Shown here: in pieces, positions 1 through 11,212 of the stretch
Layout of the letters: each line of letters opens with the position of its first letter
Position numbering within the stretch: the first letter of the stretch is position 1
Assembly: GCA_003670865.1 (NCBI GenBank)
Contig: QWQJ01000166.1
Location: 1-34,788, forward strand
Reading direction: 5' to 3'
DNA length: 34,788 nucleotides
Origin: Planctomycetota bacterium
GTDB lineage: Bacteria; Planctomycetota; Planctomycetia; Pirellulales; UBA1268
The notes under the pieces: model-generated
Seen by the model: the letters and a program-made list of their open reading frames with translations, nothing else
Told to the model about the DNA's origin: nothing
Database searches by the model: none
Program-made: the position numbers and the translations under genes

Positions 1-273
1 ATCGCCGGCATCCTTGATCCCAAACCGCTCGATCAATTGAAAAAAAGACTCGCTGCCCGGATGGGCTTTCAGATGGCGTAAGACCGCGGCCTTGGTCTTG
101 GGCTTAGAGTCGAGATCAAAAGTTTCGAGCCGCAAGAGCGTCTCAACAACCAGTGCGTCTTTTTCTGGATTGGCATCTTGTGCCCAGGCTGAAGCGATGG
201 CCGTGACGATGCACAGTCCAGCCAGAATCCTGAGCAGATGCTGCGGTGCGAGGCAAAAGAAAGTCTTGTGCAT
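1..273 (-). CDS. Partial CDS running off the window edge: secreted protein, probably the HEAT/heme-binding partner of the upstream PVC-type dehydrogenase
   Basis: Not in the ORF track; translated by hand from ATG 273, open for 91 codons: MHKTFFCLAPQHLLRILAGLCIVTAIASAWA-QDANPEKDALVVETLLRLETFDLDSKPKTKAAVLRHLKAHPGSESFFQLIERFGIKDAGD. Hydrophobic stretch with an AWA|Q cleavage site; starts 32 nt after the upstream stop. The product call is inference. Confidence 0.7.
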   Translation of the reverse strand, partial: MHKTFFCLAPQHLLRILAGLCIVTAIASAWAQDANPEKDALVVETLLRLETFDLDSKPKTKAAVLRHLKAHPGSESFFQLIERFGIKDAGD

Positions 274-305
274 AGATCGATGGAGACTGCCGGGGGAACC
301 GGTCT

Positions 306-3233
306 TTATTCCAATTCCAACAAGCTTTGCAGGGCTTGGTCTTTTTCAGGCCCCTTGGTCAGAAAGTCAAACGCCCGCATGTAGCGGGGCTGGTCGTCTT
401 TGAGTGTGCTGGGGTCCTTAATGATTCTGGCGAGCAGTTCGGGCGTCTTTTGAGCGCGGCTGCGCCAGACGATGTCGTGGCCGGCCGGCGAATTCCAAAG
501 GTCGCCGGATAGATTTAAGTAGGCCGCGAGATAGGCATCCCAGTTTTGATCAGCTGCGATTCCCAAGGCCTCCACATACCAGCGATCCTGGCCGTCGTGT
601 TGCTGGGCAAGCTGAGCCCACAACTCGGCGGCTTGAGGTGACTTACTGTGACGCAGGGCGATGGCGCACTCGCGTCGCACTGCCGGATCGGAGTCGTTGA
701 CCAACTGCTTGATGTAGGCCGTCATATCAAGCTTGAGTTCTCGAGCCAAACGCAAGCCTGTGATGCGAATATCGGGGTCCGAATCGATCAGCGCGGCAGC
801 GATGGCCGTTTGAGACTCGCCTTCAATCTGCCCCAAAATCCACAAGGCGCGAGCCCGCAGGCGTGGGTCAGACTTGTCATTGTAGAGTTGCTGAAGCGCG
901 CTAGCGGCCTGCTTGCCCAGTTTGCACAGCGATGTAAAGGCCAGGAAACGTACCGACAGATTTGGATTCTTGAGCGCTTGAGCAGCACCTTGGGCCGTGC
1001 TGAAATCAAACGCCGGCACGTGGTATTTTACATCGAGGGGGGCCACGCGGAAGATACGGCCCTTATCAACTTCTTGCTGGTTGTGGCCACCCACGCCTGG
1101 ATCGTACCAGTCGGCGATGAACAGCGAACCATCAGGCGCGGTGCAAACATCGCTAGGACGGTACCAATTGTCGCGAGCACCGTACAGCACATCGATGATC
1201 TCGGCCTTGTAGCCTGCGCCACTTTTAGTGACCGGATAGGCGCGGCATATATTCGGTCCGGCGTCGCAGTGAATGATCTGGTTGTGAAACTCCGGGGGTA
1301 AGAGTGAACCTTCGTAGACCGTGATGCCGGTGGGGGATCCGGCTCCGGTGTTGAGCAGATTCGGTACGACGCCCGGGTCGTTCAAGTGCCAGTGGCGGAG
1401 CGGCGTTTCCTTTTCGATGTTGGTTCGCTTGTCCCCCCAGCCGGCGCCGGTGAGTTCGTCTTTGTAGCCAAAGTTTCCAAACTCCATCACATAGTTAATG
1501 CGGACGCCGTGGTTGCCGTCATCGTCGTTATCAGACTGCCAGAGGGTGCCGAAGGAATCGACAGCCACCTCCCAATTATTGCGGAAATTCCAACCCAAAG
1601 TCTCGATCTTGCTGCCGTCGAGATTGCAGCGGAAGACCATTCCCTCCTGGTAGGGCTTGCGGCTGTTGTTGATTTCGTTGCCTGCCAAGTCGATCAGCGG
1701 CTTGCCGTCTTTGTCTTTGATCCGTTCGCCGCTATTGCCAAAGTTGAAATAGAGCTTGCCATCTGGGCCGAAGGCGAATGCGTGAATGCCGTGGTCGTGC
1801 TGGGTTCCGGAAATGCCGCTGAATAAAGTCTCCTTACGATCGGATTGCAGATCTCCATTGTCGTCATAAAAAACCTGAACTTTGTCACCGGCTGAAACAA
1901 TCAAGCGGTCGCCGAGAATGCAAATGCCGTGAGCCGAGTCGATGTCGCGGCCCTGGTAAAAGACCGTTTGGATGTCTGCTTTTCCATCGCCATTTGTGTC
2001 TTCGAGCACAAGGATCCGATCGCCTTCTGGGCGACTATTCCTATGTCGACGGTAATTTTTTACTTCGGCAGCCCAGATGCGGCCGAGGTGATCGATGTCG
2101 ATGCTCGTGATATTAGAAATCTGCGGTTCGCTTGAGAAAAGAGTGGCTTGGCAACCATCAGCTACGTCAAGATGGGCAACAGCATGTGCAGCGTCGTGCG
2201 ATGACGCCTTGCCGCCGCCTACCTGAGCAGCTGTTTTCTTACGGGAGGAAGTTTTTTTCTCAGGGGAATTTTTGCTCGGATCTTCGACCGGTAGGCCGAT
2301 CTTTTTACCGATTCCAGCCCGATCTAAATTACCGGGAATCGGCTCATCCTGACCATTGACCAAATCGTCGAGCGTGACCGGTGCATCTGTAATGCCGTTC
2401 TTTGGCACCTCGATCTGGGCCGTCCAAGCAATCGCATTGAGGACGAGTTTACGGAAGTTCGGTTCACCCCAATTCCAGTGATCGTGGCCACCCGTAAAAC
2501 CGAAGCCACGACCACCCCCTTCGTTTTCAGAGGCCCAGGCTACATGCTGTGGGATTTTCTTTTCGAGCACGTCTTGTCGCACATCGGGATTGCCGCTGTG
2601 CGGGCCATCTCCACGAGACAATGTGCTCGCCGGCGGGAGGGCCGTAAGGATCGGCACAACCCCCTTCATTTCTGGCCGAAACCGCATGTGGTAATACCAC
2701 TCATCATTGATTTCGAAAGGCTTGACGCCCCGCGTGATCGGATGCTCTGGAAATGCGTCGAACGTGGCGGTCCAGTGCGGATTTACCGACCAATTCATTT
2801 CAAAATAGCCGCCGATCCAATCGAGAAACTCCACTCCGCCTTTGTCCTTTTCAACTTCGACACCGTAATGGATGCAGACGATGCCAGTCCCTTTTTTGGC
2901 CAGTGCGTCAACTTCTTTTCTATGCGGCACTACCATGTGGCCGCGACCACCATCGCAGTACATGACAATGGCACTTGCGCCGCTGAGAATCGATGGATCT
3001 TTCGGCCAGCCATTGTGGACCACCTCAATCTGTGCCTCCGGGAGAGCCATTCTAAGGAGCCGTGACAAAAGATCGCATCCGGCGTTGTGCTCATGGGAGC
3101 CGTAACCGTGGCTGGGATTGCCAGCGATAAAGACGATTTTCTTCTTGCCCTCCTCAGCGGTTGTCGGCCCGGCAAGCAGGCCCCAAAGAATGCATGTCAG
3201 CAAGGCGAGCGCACGCTGGCGATAGAGTTTCAT
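306..3233 (-). CDS. Secreted ThuA-like domain + PVC-type putative membrane-bound dehydrogenase (beta-propeller) + HEAT repeats; no C-terminal CxxCH
   Basis: Start moved to ATG 3233 (GGAGA RBS; signal peptide MKLYRQRALALL...). ThuA-like motifs: SHGYGSHEH, HPITRGV, DEWYY, GRGFGFTGGH. PVC-type motifs: GDRILVLEDTNGDGKAD, HDHGIHA, NFRNNWE, SDNDDDG, ADWYDPGVGGH, GRIFRV. HEAT-like repeats: DPRLRARALW, DPAVRRECAIAL. Confidence 0.85.
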   Translation of the reverse strand: MKLYRQRALALLTCILWGLLAGPTTAEEGKKKIVFIAGNPSHGYGSHEHNAGCDLLSRLLRMALPEAQIEVVHNGWPKDPSILSGASAIVMYCDGGRGHMVVPHRKEVDALAKKGTGIVCIHYGVEVEKDKGGVEFLDWIGGYFEMNWSVNPHWTATFDAFPEHPITRGVKPFEINDEWYYHMRFRPEMKGVVPILTALPPASTLSRGDGPHSGNPDVRQDVLEKKIPQHVAWASENEGGGRGFGFTGGHDHWNWGEPNFRKLVLNAIAWTAQIEVPKNGITDAPVTLDDLVNGQDEPIPGNLDRAGIGKKIGLPVEDPSKNSPEKKTSSRKKTAAQVGGGKASSHDAAHAVAHLDVADGCQATLFSSEPQISNITSIDIDHLGRIWAAEVKNYRRHRNSRPEGDRILVLEDTNGDGKADIQTVFYQGRDIDSAHGICILGDRLIVSAGDKVQVFYDDNGDLQSDRKETLFSGISGTQHDHGIHAFAFGPDGKLYFNFGNSGERIKDKDGKPLIDLAGNEINNSRKPYQEGMVFRCNLDGSKIETLGWNFRNNWEVAVDSFGTLWQSDNDDDGNHGVRINYVMEFGNFGYKDELTGAGWGDKRTNIEKETPLRHWHLNDPGVVPNLLNTGAGSPTGITVYEGSLLPPEFHNQIIHCDAGPNICRAYPVTKSGAGYKAEIIDVLYGARDNWYRPSDVCTAPDGSLFIADWYDPGVGGHNQQEVDKGRIFRVAPLDVKYHVPAFDFSTAQGAAQALKNPNLSVRFLAFTSLCKLGKQAASALQQLYNDKSDPRLRARALWILGQIEGESQTAIAAALIDSDPDIRITGLRLARELKLDMTAYIKQLVNDSDPAVRRECAIALRHSKSPQAAELWAQLAQQHDGQDRWYVEALGIAADQNWDAYLAAYLNLSGDLWNSPAGHDIVWRSRAQKTPELLARIIKDPSTLKDDQPRYMRAFDFLTKGPEKDQALQSLLELE

Positions 3234-3376
3234 CAAAAAATCTCCGGTTAAAATTGCAGCCAAGGTGTCAGGCAGGATGGACGCGGTTGAGGGATCCCGC
3301 TTTGATGTAGCGTAAACGGGTAGTGCCAGAGTGTCAAAAACTGAGGGCATTCACTTGGCTTTCTGCGAGGGGGAGA

Positions 3377-4726
3377 TCAGCCAAGGAACAGGATGGCCAC
3401 GAGCATGTAAAGCACGATGCCGACGATGTCGACGATTGCCGACACAAATGGATTGCTCATGAGGGCCGGGTCGAGGCCAACCGAGCGAAATAGCAGTGGC
3501 AAGATCGATCCGACCATCGTGCCCAGCATCACAACCCCAAAGATCGTCAGCGGAATCACGATCGCGGCGATTGGATCAGGCGCGTAGACCAAAGCGAGGC
3601 AGTAGCCCGGCACGGCTAAGAGCGTGCCCAGCAGCAGACCCAGCACGCACTCGCGCTTTAAGATTCGCGGCCAGTCGGCGAGGCGGCAGTCACCGGTGGA
3701 AAGGGCCGTGATCACCAGCGTGGCCGACTGATTGCCCGAATTGCCGCCGCTGGCAATGATCAGTGGAATGAAGGCCACTAGCCACATGTGGGTTTGAAAG
3801 GCTGCCGGGGATCGGGCCAGCACCATCGCCGTGACGGCAGCCGTGGCAAACAGAATCATCAGCCAGACACCACGTTTCCAAGTCATTGAGACGATCGCCG
3901 CCTCCAGATAACTCTCACCAAGTGGAGCAATGGCACCGATGCGTTGAGCGTCGTCTGTGGCATCTTGCCGCACCGCATCGAGCACGTCATCGTGCGTGAC
4001 GATGCCGACGAGCCGGTTGTGGTCGTCGACAACAGGGATCGCGATAAAGTCGAATCGAGCGAGTTTTTGCACAACCTGCTCGCTCGGTTCTTCCACTCGC
4101 ACGCTGATTGGATCGGATTGCATCAAATCCGACACCAGCGACGTCGGCCGTGCCATGATCAAATCTCGCAAGGAGACAAATCCCAGCAGCGTGCGGTCGG
4201 AATCGAGCACATAGATGTAGTAGATCGACTCACTGTTGGGGGCTTGAGAGCGGAGTCGCGTGACCGCCTCGCCGGCGGTGATTTCAGCGGGCAGTGACGC
4301 ATACTCTGTCGTCATCAGCGCTCCGGCGGAATCCTCTGGGCAGGAAAGGAGCATACGGATGTCGTGACGCTGGGCCTTTGCTACGAGCGGCAAGATTTCA
4401 TCAACCAGCTCCGGGTCGAGCTCTCGCAACAGGTCGTCACGATTGTCGGCAGCCATCCACTCAAGCAAAGAACCCAAGTGAACGCGATCGGCTGCTTTCA
4501 CGAGTTCGACTTGCCGTGTCATCGAATAATAAGGAAAAATCTCTGCCTGACGCTCGATGGCCGCAACGTGAAGCAGCTGCCAGATTTCCTGATCGTCGAG
4601 GCCCTCAGAAAACTCTGCGACGGTGGCCGGATGAAGCTCCTCGGCCACTTCGCGGAGGCCTGCTGTATCGCCTTCGCTGAACATCAGCTTCAGCTCAGGA
4701 ATCAGGATTGGATTGGCCGTGACCAT
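3377..4726 (-). CDS. mgtE: Magnesium transporter MgtE
   Basis: N-domain, CBS pair (SAGALMTTEY, IYYIYVLD, AIPVVDDHNRLVGIVTHDDVLD), TM motifs GGNSGNQS and GLDPALMSNPFVSAIVDIVG. Start moved to ATG 4726; the upstream in-frame extension overlaps the divergent gene and does not look protein-like. Confidence 0.93.
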   Translation of the reverse strand: MVTANPILIPELKLMFSEGDTAGLREVAEELHPATVAEFSEGLDDQEIWQLLHVAAIERQAEIFPYYSMTRQVELVKAADRVHLGSLLEWMAADNRDDLLRELDPELVDEILPLVAKAQRHDIRMLLSCPEDSAGALMTTEYASLPAEITAGEAVTRLRSQAPNSESIYYIYVLDSDRTLLGFVSLRDLIMARPTSLVSDLMQSDPISVRVEEPSEQVVQKLARFDFIAIPVVDDHNRLVGIVTHDDVLDAVRQDATDDAQRIGAIAPLGESYLEAAIVSMTWKRGVWLMILFATAAVTAMVLARSPAAFQTHMWLVAFIPLIIASGGNSGNQSATLVITALSTGDCRLADWPRILKRECVLGLLLGTLLAVPGYCLALVYAPDPIAAIVIPLTIFGVVMLGTMVGSILPLLFRSVGLDPALMSNPFVSAIVDIVGIVLYMLVAILFLG

Positions 4727-4884
4727 ACAAGAATTTCCAAAGAGCAATGAGATGACTAGAGGCTGGTGGAGTTGACCGTCGCAGGGAGTGGCTGGATCGC
4801 AGTTGAGCCAAGCTGTCGGCGGGCGGCAGTGGTCTATACTATCGTCGAGTGGATCTTCCAAAGCATGGGCCGAGCTAGTATGCC

Positions 4885-6309
4885 ATGAAAGCATTCCGAG
4901 TCGAACGCAACCTATTGTGCCATTGCTTCCAAAGCCGCTGGATGGTGGTTGCTTTGGGAGTGTGGGCGTGTGGTTTGCCACCAGCGGCCACCGCGGCTGA
5001 AGTCAAGCCAGCGGAAGAGCAGCGGACAGCGGCAGATCGCGGTTGGCAAATGCTGCGATCGAGAGCCTACCTGCCCCCCGACTTCGATCAGGCGGTATTT
5101 GACAGTCTCTGGACGACATGGAATGAGCCGCTTCGCCGTCTTGCAGAGCAGGCCCCGGTGGAGGAGCGGAGAAAAATGACCATGCAACGCTACGGTCTGA
5201 CGAGTGATCCTGTCGATAGATCACGGTCGCTCCAGTATGTTGTTGACGCCAATGGAAATTGGACCATGAGTTGTTTGGCCTGCCATCAGGGACAGGTGAA
5301 TGGCCAAGTGATCCCTGGGGTTCCCAATACGAATTATGCCTTGGAAACCCTCACGGAAGAGGTTCGGCTGGTGAAGGTACAGCAGCGCAAGCCGTTTGGT
5401 CACATGGATATGGGGTCGCTCTTCTTACCGCTGGGCTCAACCAACGGCACAACCAATGCAGTGATGTTCGGCGTGGCCTTGATGCGACATCGCGATCGGG
5501 ATTTAAACATCATCGCCAGAACGCCTCGATTTGATCTCATTCATCATGATATGGATGCTCCGGCATGGTGGCATTACGCCCGTCGCACGAATCTCTACGC
5601 GGATGCGTTTGCCCCTAAGGGCCACCGCATGCTGATGCAATTTTTACTCGTCAAGGAAAACGGCCCGGAGAAATTTCGAGAATGGGAGGAGGAGTTTCGT
5701 GACGTCGAAGCCTGGATAGAGTCGATCAAGCCACCACGTTGGCCGTGGGCCGTTGACTCGGTCTTGGTCGAGAAGGGCCGCGGCGTCTTTGCCGCTCACT
5801 GTGCCACCTGTCACGGTCGCTATGAATCTCCCAAAGACTATCCCGAAAAAATTGTCGCGATTGATGAAGTTGGCACCGACCGAGTTCGATTCGATTCGCT
5901 CTCGGTGCGCGAGCGACGCGATCTCAGCGAAAGCTGGTTTGGAAAATCAGCATCGAGCGACAGCAAGGGCACGGCCAATCCGATTGGTTACGTGGCCCCA
6001 CCGCTCGACGGAATCTGGGCCTCGTCACCCTACTTCCACAACGGCTCTGTGCCGACGCTCTGGCACGTGTTGCATCCTGCCGAGCGGCCGGTCGTCTGGC
6101 AACGCACTCCGACAGGCTACGATCCTGTCCGCGTCGGACTCGAAGTGGTTTTGTTTGAGGGTATGCCTACTGGAAAAATTCCGGCAGCAGAACGGCGAGC
6201 TTTTTTTAACACGACAAAGCCGGGCAAGGGCGCTGCCGGTCACGATTTTCCAGACGCTCTGGACGAGGAGGAAAAAAAGGCCGTTCTTGAATACCTCAAA
6301 ACGCTCTAG
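4885..6309 (+). CDS. Secreted di-heme cytochrome c, RoxA/MauG-like
   Basis: Two CxxCH motifs (CLACH, CATCH), MDAPAWWH, YVAPPLDGIWASSPYFHNGSVPTL, and C-terminal GHDF...LEYLKTL. N-terminal signal-like segment; exact start uncertain. Confidence 0.8.
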   Translation: MKAFRVERNLLCHCFQSRWMVVALGVWACGLPPAATAAEVKPAEEQRTAADRGWQMLRSRAYLPPDFDQAVFDSLWTTWNEPLRRLAEQAPVEERRKMTMQRYGLTSDPVDRSRSLQYVVDANGNWTMSCLACHQGQVNGQVIPGVPNTNYALETLTEEVRLVKVQQRKPFGHMDMGSLFLPLGSTNGTTNAVMFGVALMRHRDRDLNIIARTPRFDLIHHDMDAPAWWHYARRTNLYADAFAPKGHRMLMQFLLVKENGPEKFREWEEEFRDVEAWIESIKPPRWPWAVDSVLVEKGRGVFAAHCATCHGRYESPKDYPEKIVAIDEVGTDRVRFDSLSVRERRDLSESWFGKSASSDSKGTANPIGYVAPPLDGIWASSPYFHNGSVPTLWHVLHPAERPVVWQRTPTGYDPVRVGLEVVLFEGMPTGKIPAAERRAFFNTTKPGKGAAGHDFPDALDEEEKKAVLEYLKTL

Positions 6310-6396
6310 GGACTGCCGCCCGAAGACGTTTCTTTTGATACCATTTCGGTTAGTGTCCGGGTACGTCTAGGTTGCAGGAAGCCCGCGCGTGGCTAA

Positions 6397-7851
<1,455 letters not shown>

Positions 7852-7903
7852 GAAACGCCTCTTTTACGAACGCTGAAAATCGTCGAGCAATCCTTGGCCG
7901 CAC

Positions 7904-9514
7904 CTACTTCTGCGTCCAGTGGGTGCCATCGGGGCGGTCTTCGAGCGTGATTCCGGCCTCTGTCAGTTTGGCTCGCACCAGATCGGCTGTAGCAAAGTCT
8001 TTGCCGGCTCGTGCTCGGGCCCGAATCTCAATCACCAGCTCCATGAGTTTTCCGACAGTGGCTTGATCAGCGCTGCTTCGAGTAGCTTCTGGCTCTTTTA
8101 CAAATAGACCCAGTATGCCGGTGAGTTCACGCAGCACTAAAAGCATTGCGTCGAGCAGGGTACGGGCAACGTCTGAAGGACTTTTTTCCAGTCCTTGCTG
8201 GTCGATGTGTTTGTTCACGACGCGGACAAAATCAAAGAGCGTGGCGATGCCGACGGCCGTGTTGAAGTCGTCATCCATGGCAGCCAGAAATTTTTCGCGG
8301 AGAGCCTGAGTTTCGACACCTGCCGCAGCAACGGTAGCATTTCCTTGGCGGCGATTTTGCAGCGGCAGCGTGTAGAAAGACAAGCCGGTCACCCGTTGGC
8401 AGCGAGCAAAGAGCCGCTCGAACGCCTCCATTGCACGGGCACTTTCGCTCAGGGCTTCTTCACCAAAATGGATCGGACTGCGGTAGTGTGTAGAGAGGAG
8501 AAGCATGCGGATCGCCTCGGGGCGGTGTCGCTCGAGAAGATTTTTGAAGGGCTCTGCTCCAGTCGATTTGCTTATTTTTGTGGCGGCCTGGCTGGCAGCT
8601 TGTTGAGCAGCATCTTGGCTCGAAGCCTCGCTACCAATCGCCGCATCACGGGCGCGGCCCCCCACCTTACCGCTAGCGCCCGCAGCCTGCATCAGGCCGT
8701 TGTGCATCCAATAGGTGGCCATCGGACAGTTGTGCAGCGATTCACTCTGGGCAATTTCGTTTTCGTGGTGTGGAAAAATGAGATCGAGTCCGCCGCCGTG
8801 AATGTCAAAATGTTCTCCTAGGATTGCGCGGCTCATTGCCGAACACTCGATGTGCCAGCCCGGACGGCCAGGGCCCCAAGGGCTTTCCCAAAAAGGCTCG
8901 CCAGACTTGGCTTTTTTCCAGAGGGCAAAGTCGGCAGCCGATCGCTTGCGTTCAACCGTTAATCCTCCCTCACCCTGCATGCTCTCGACCGTGCGGTTGG
9001 TGAGCTTGCCATAGTCGGCATCTTGGGTGACATCAAAATAGACATCGCCATCGGAAGCATAGGCAGCGCTCTTGGCAATCAAGCCTTCAATGCATGTGAT
9101 GATCGGGCCGATAAAATCAGTTGCCTTGGGCATGTGGTCAATCGATTCGACGCCCAGTGCCGCTAAATTAGCCAGGTAGTCAGCCGTCATTTCCGTGGCG
9201 AGCTTTGCCATGGTGGTGCCGCGGGCGGTGCTCTCGGCGATGATCTTGTCGTCAACATCGGTGATGTTCACGACCCATGTCACCTGCCAGCCGGAATATT
9301 CAAGATAGCGTTTCACGGTGTCAAAAATCACCGGCCCAACCATGTGGCCGATGTGGCTGGGCTTGTAGACAGTGGGGCCGCAGAGATAGATCCCGACATG
9401 GCCGGGCTTCACCGTGACCATCGCCGACTTCTTTTTCGTGAGTGTGTTGTAAATCTCAATGGTTGGCAGGGCGTCTGTTGTCCCAGCCGGGGAGTCCATG
9501 TCAGTCATCGTCAT
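7904..9514 (-). CDS. cysS: Cysteine--tRNA ligase
   Basis: [67 protein letters not shown] (KMSKS variant), MDDDFNT. Start uncertain among ATGs at 9532, 9514, 9508 and 9499. Confidence 0.96.
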   Translation of the reverse strand: MTMTDMDSPAGTTDALPTIEIYNTLTKKKSAMVTVKPGHVGIYLCGPTVYKPSHIGHMVGPVIFDTVKRYLEYSGWQVTWVVNITDVDDKIIAESTARGTTMAKLATEMTADYLANLAALGVESIDHMPKATDFIGPIITCIEGLIAKSAAYASDGDVYFDVTQDADYGKLTNRTVESMQGEGGLTVERKRSAADFALWKKAKSGEPFWESPWGPGRPGWHIECSAMSRAILGEHFDIHGGGLDLIFPHHENEIAQSESLHNCPMATYWMHNGLMQAAGASGKVGGRARDAAIGSEASSQDAAQQAASQAATKISKSTGAEPFKNLLERHRPEAIRMLLLSTHYRSPIHFGEEALSESARAMEAFERLFARCQRVTGLSFYTLPLQNRRQGNATVAAAGVETQALREKFLAAMDDDFNTAVGIATLFDFVRVVNKHIDQQGLEKSPSDVARTLLDAMLLVLRELTGILGLFVKEPEATRSSADQATVGKLMELVIEIRARARAGKDFATADLVRAKLTEAGITLEDRPDGTHWTQK

Positions 9515-9600
9515 GACGCTTTTTTTCTCCATCGTGAAGTGTCGAGTGACAGGGATCTGTCATTTGGAAAGTTGAAAATGTGAAAAGCCGTTTCGTTTCT

Positions 9601-10080
9601 TCAGGATGTGCGTTGGATGAGGACCACGCACTCAGCCGCAATCGCCTGCTGTTGGCCAATCGGCCCGAGGCCTTCACCCGTCTTAGCCTTGAGCCAGACG
9701 ACGCTTGAATCGACGCTGAGGATGGTGGCAATGCGTTCCCGTATCGCCGTGCGGTGGGGCAGTATTTTTGGTCGCTGGGCAAAAATCACGCAATCCAGAT
9801 TGGTGATCTGCCAGCCTGCTAGGGTCATCCGTGAGCCTGCCGCCGCCAGCATTTCCGCGGAGTCCCGGCCACGATTGGCTGGGTCGGTGTCGGGGAACAT
9901 CTCGCCAATATCGCCCAGCCCGGCCGCCCCCAAGAGGGCGTCTGTAATGGCGTGCAGGAGCACATCGGCGTCGCTGTGGCCAAGAGCCTGTTGATCGTGC
10001 TCAATGCGGATGCCGCCGAGCAGGAGGGCATTGCCAGGGACCAGTGGGTGAGTATCGTGACCAAGGCCGACGCGAAACAT
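9601..10080 (-). CDS. ispF: 2-C-methyl-D-erythritol 2,4-cyclodiphosphate synthase
   Basis: RVGLGHDTH, GHSDADVLLHAITDALLGAAGLGDIGEMFPDTD, KAKTGEGLG. Lies upstream of cysS, a common bacterial arrangement. Confidence 0.96.
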   Translation of the reverse strand: MFRVGLGHDTHPLVPGNALLLGGIRIEHDQQALGHSDADVLLHAITDALLGAAGLGDIGEMFPDTDPANRGRDSAEMLAAAGSRMTLAGWQITNLDCVIFAQRPKILPHRTAIRERIATILSVDSSVVWLKAKTGEGLGPIGQQQAIAAECVVLIQRTS

Positions 10081-10144
10081 GACCAGCTCCATCCGAAAAC
10101 AAAAACACAAAAAGATTTGCCCCGTTTTCCCTTATACTCCGCTG

Positions 10145-11212
10145 ATGCACAACTCCAACCGGTTAGGCGATGCTCCGTTGCTTGCCAACCGCCAGTTCGC
10201 CGCCACCAGTGCCCCGCTGATTGCAGTCGAGGGACTAGCCAAGGAATACCGCGTGTACGATAAGCCTGAGGGCTTATTGGCCAGCGTATCGGGCTTGTTT
10301 CGCCGCACGAGTCGGTTGGTGCCGGCCCTGCGGGGCGTCAATCTGACCGTAGGACGAGGTGAGTTTGTGGCCCTGCTTGGGCCCAACGGCGCTGGGAAAA
10401 CGACGTTTCTCAAACTCCTTTCCGGCATCATTACGCCCACTCGGGGCACCGCCAGCGTGCTGGGCCATGTGCCGTGGGAGCGAGCCGACGATTTTCGCCG
10501 CCGATTTGCCTTGGTGATGGGGCAGCGAAATCAACTTTGGTGGGATCTGCCCGCTGCCGAGAGTTTTCGGCTGCACAAGGAAATCTACCGGATCGAGACC
10601 ACCCGCTTTGAACGCACGCGAGATGAACTGGTCGACATGCTCGACGTGCGAAAGCTGCTCTTGCAACCGGTGCGTGAGCTCTCGCTGGGTGAGCGGATGA
10701 AGCTAGAATTAGTGGCGGCGCTGTTGCACGAACCCGAGGTACTGTTTTTGGATGAGCCAACGATCGGCCTTGATGTCGTTGCTCAGCACACGCTCCACCG
10801 CTTTCTTTCCCACGTGCAAACCGAACGTCAGATGACCGTTGTGCTCACAACGCACTACATGAAAGATGTGGCTGCCCTCTGCCAGCGGGTGGTCGTGATC
10901 ACGCACGGTGACATTCTCTACGATGGATCGCTGGACCAGATTGTCGACCGCTTCACGACGCACAAGATCGTCACACTCGATCTGGATCACGAACCGTCGC
11001 AAGAACGCATGGAGCGATTTGGCTTTCCCTGCGAGATTCGTGGGCCACAGGCAATCCTCCGCATTGATCGCTCTCGCATTGCCGATGTGCTTCCGGAAAT
11101 TCTTCGCAGCGAGACCGTGCGGGACATCTCGGTTGAAGATGTGCCACTGGAGGAGATCGTCGCGTCGCTGTTTCGGTCGGAAGCCGAGATCCACACACGG
11201 GAGAGCGAATGA
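10145..11212 (+). CDS. ABC transporter ATP-binding protein (ABC-2 exporter type, COG4586-like)
   Basis: Walker A GPNGAGKT, MGQRNQLWWDLP, signature LSLGER, Walker B LFLDEPTIGLD, H-loop TTHYM. Start moved to ATG 10145 to avoid colliding with divergent ispF. Confidence 0.9.
   Translation: MHNSNRLGDAPLLANRQFAATSAPLIAVEGLAKEYRVYDKPEGLLASVSGLFRRTSRLVPALRGVNLTVGRGEFVALLGPNGAGKTTFLKLLSGIITPTRGTASVLGHVPWERADDFRRRFALVMGQRNQLWWDLPAAESFRLHKEIYRIETTRFERTRDELVDMLDVRKLLLQPVRELSLGERMKLELVAALLHEPEVLFLDEPTIGLDVVAQHTLHRFLSHVQTERQMTVVLTTHYMKDVAALCQRVVVITHGDILYDGSLDQIVDRFTTHKIVTLDLDHEPSQERMERFGFPCEIRGPQAILRIDRSRIADVLPEILRSETVRDISVEDVPLEEIVASLFRSEAEIHTRESE

Noticed and set aside
1-81. Open + strand frame ending in TAA at 81
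   Set aside because: The minus-strand frame 1-273 has an ATG, a signal peptide and operon context; this is its antisense shadow.
4727-4873. M-box riboswitch or mgtL-like leader peptide before mgtE
   Set aside because: No M-box features recognisable; the short uORF (MLWKIHSTIV) is not Pro-rich and has no clear RBS.
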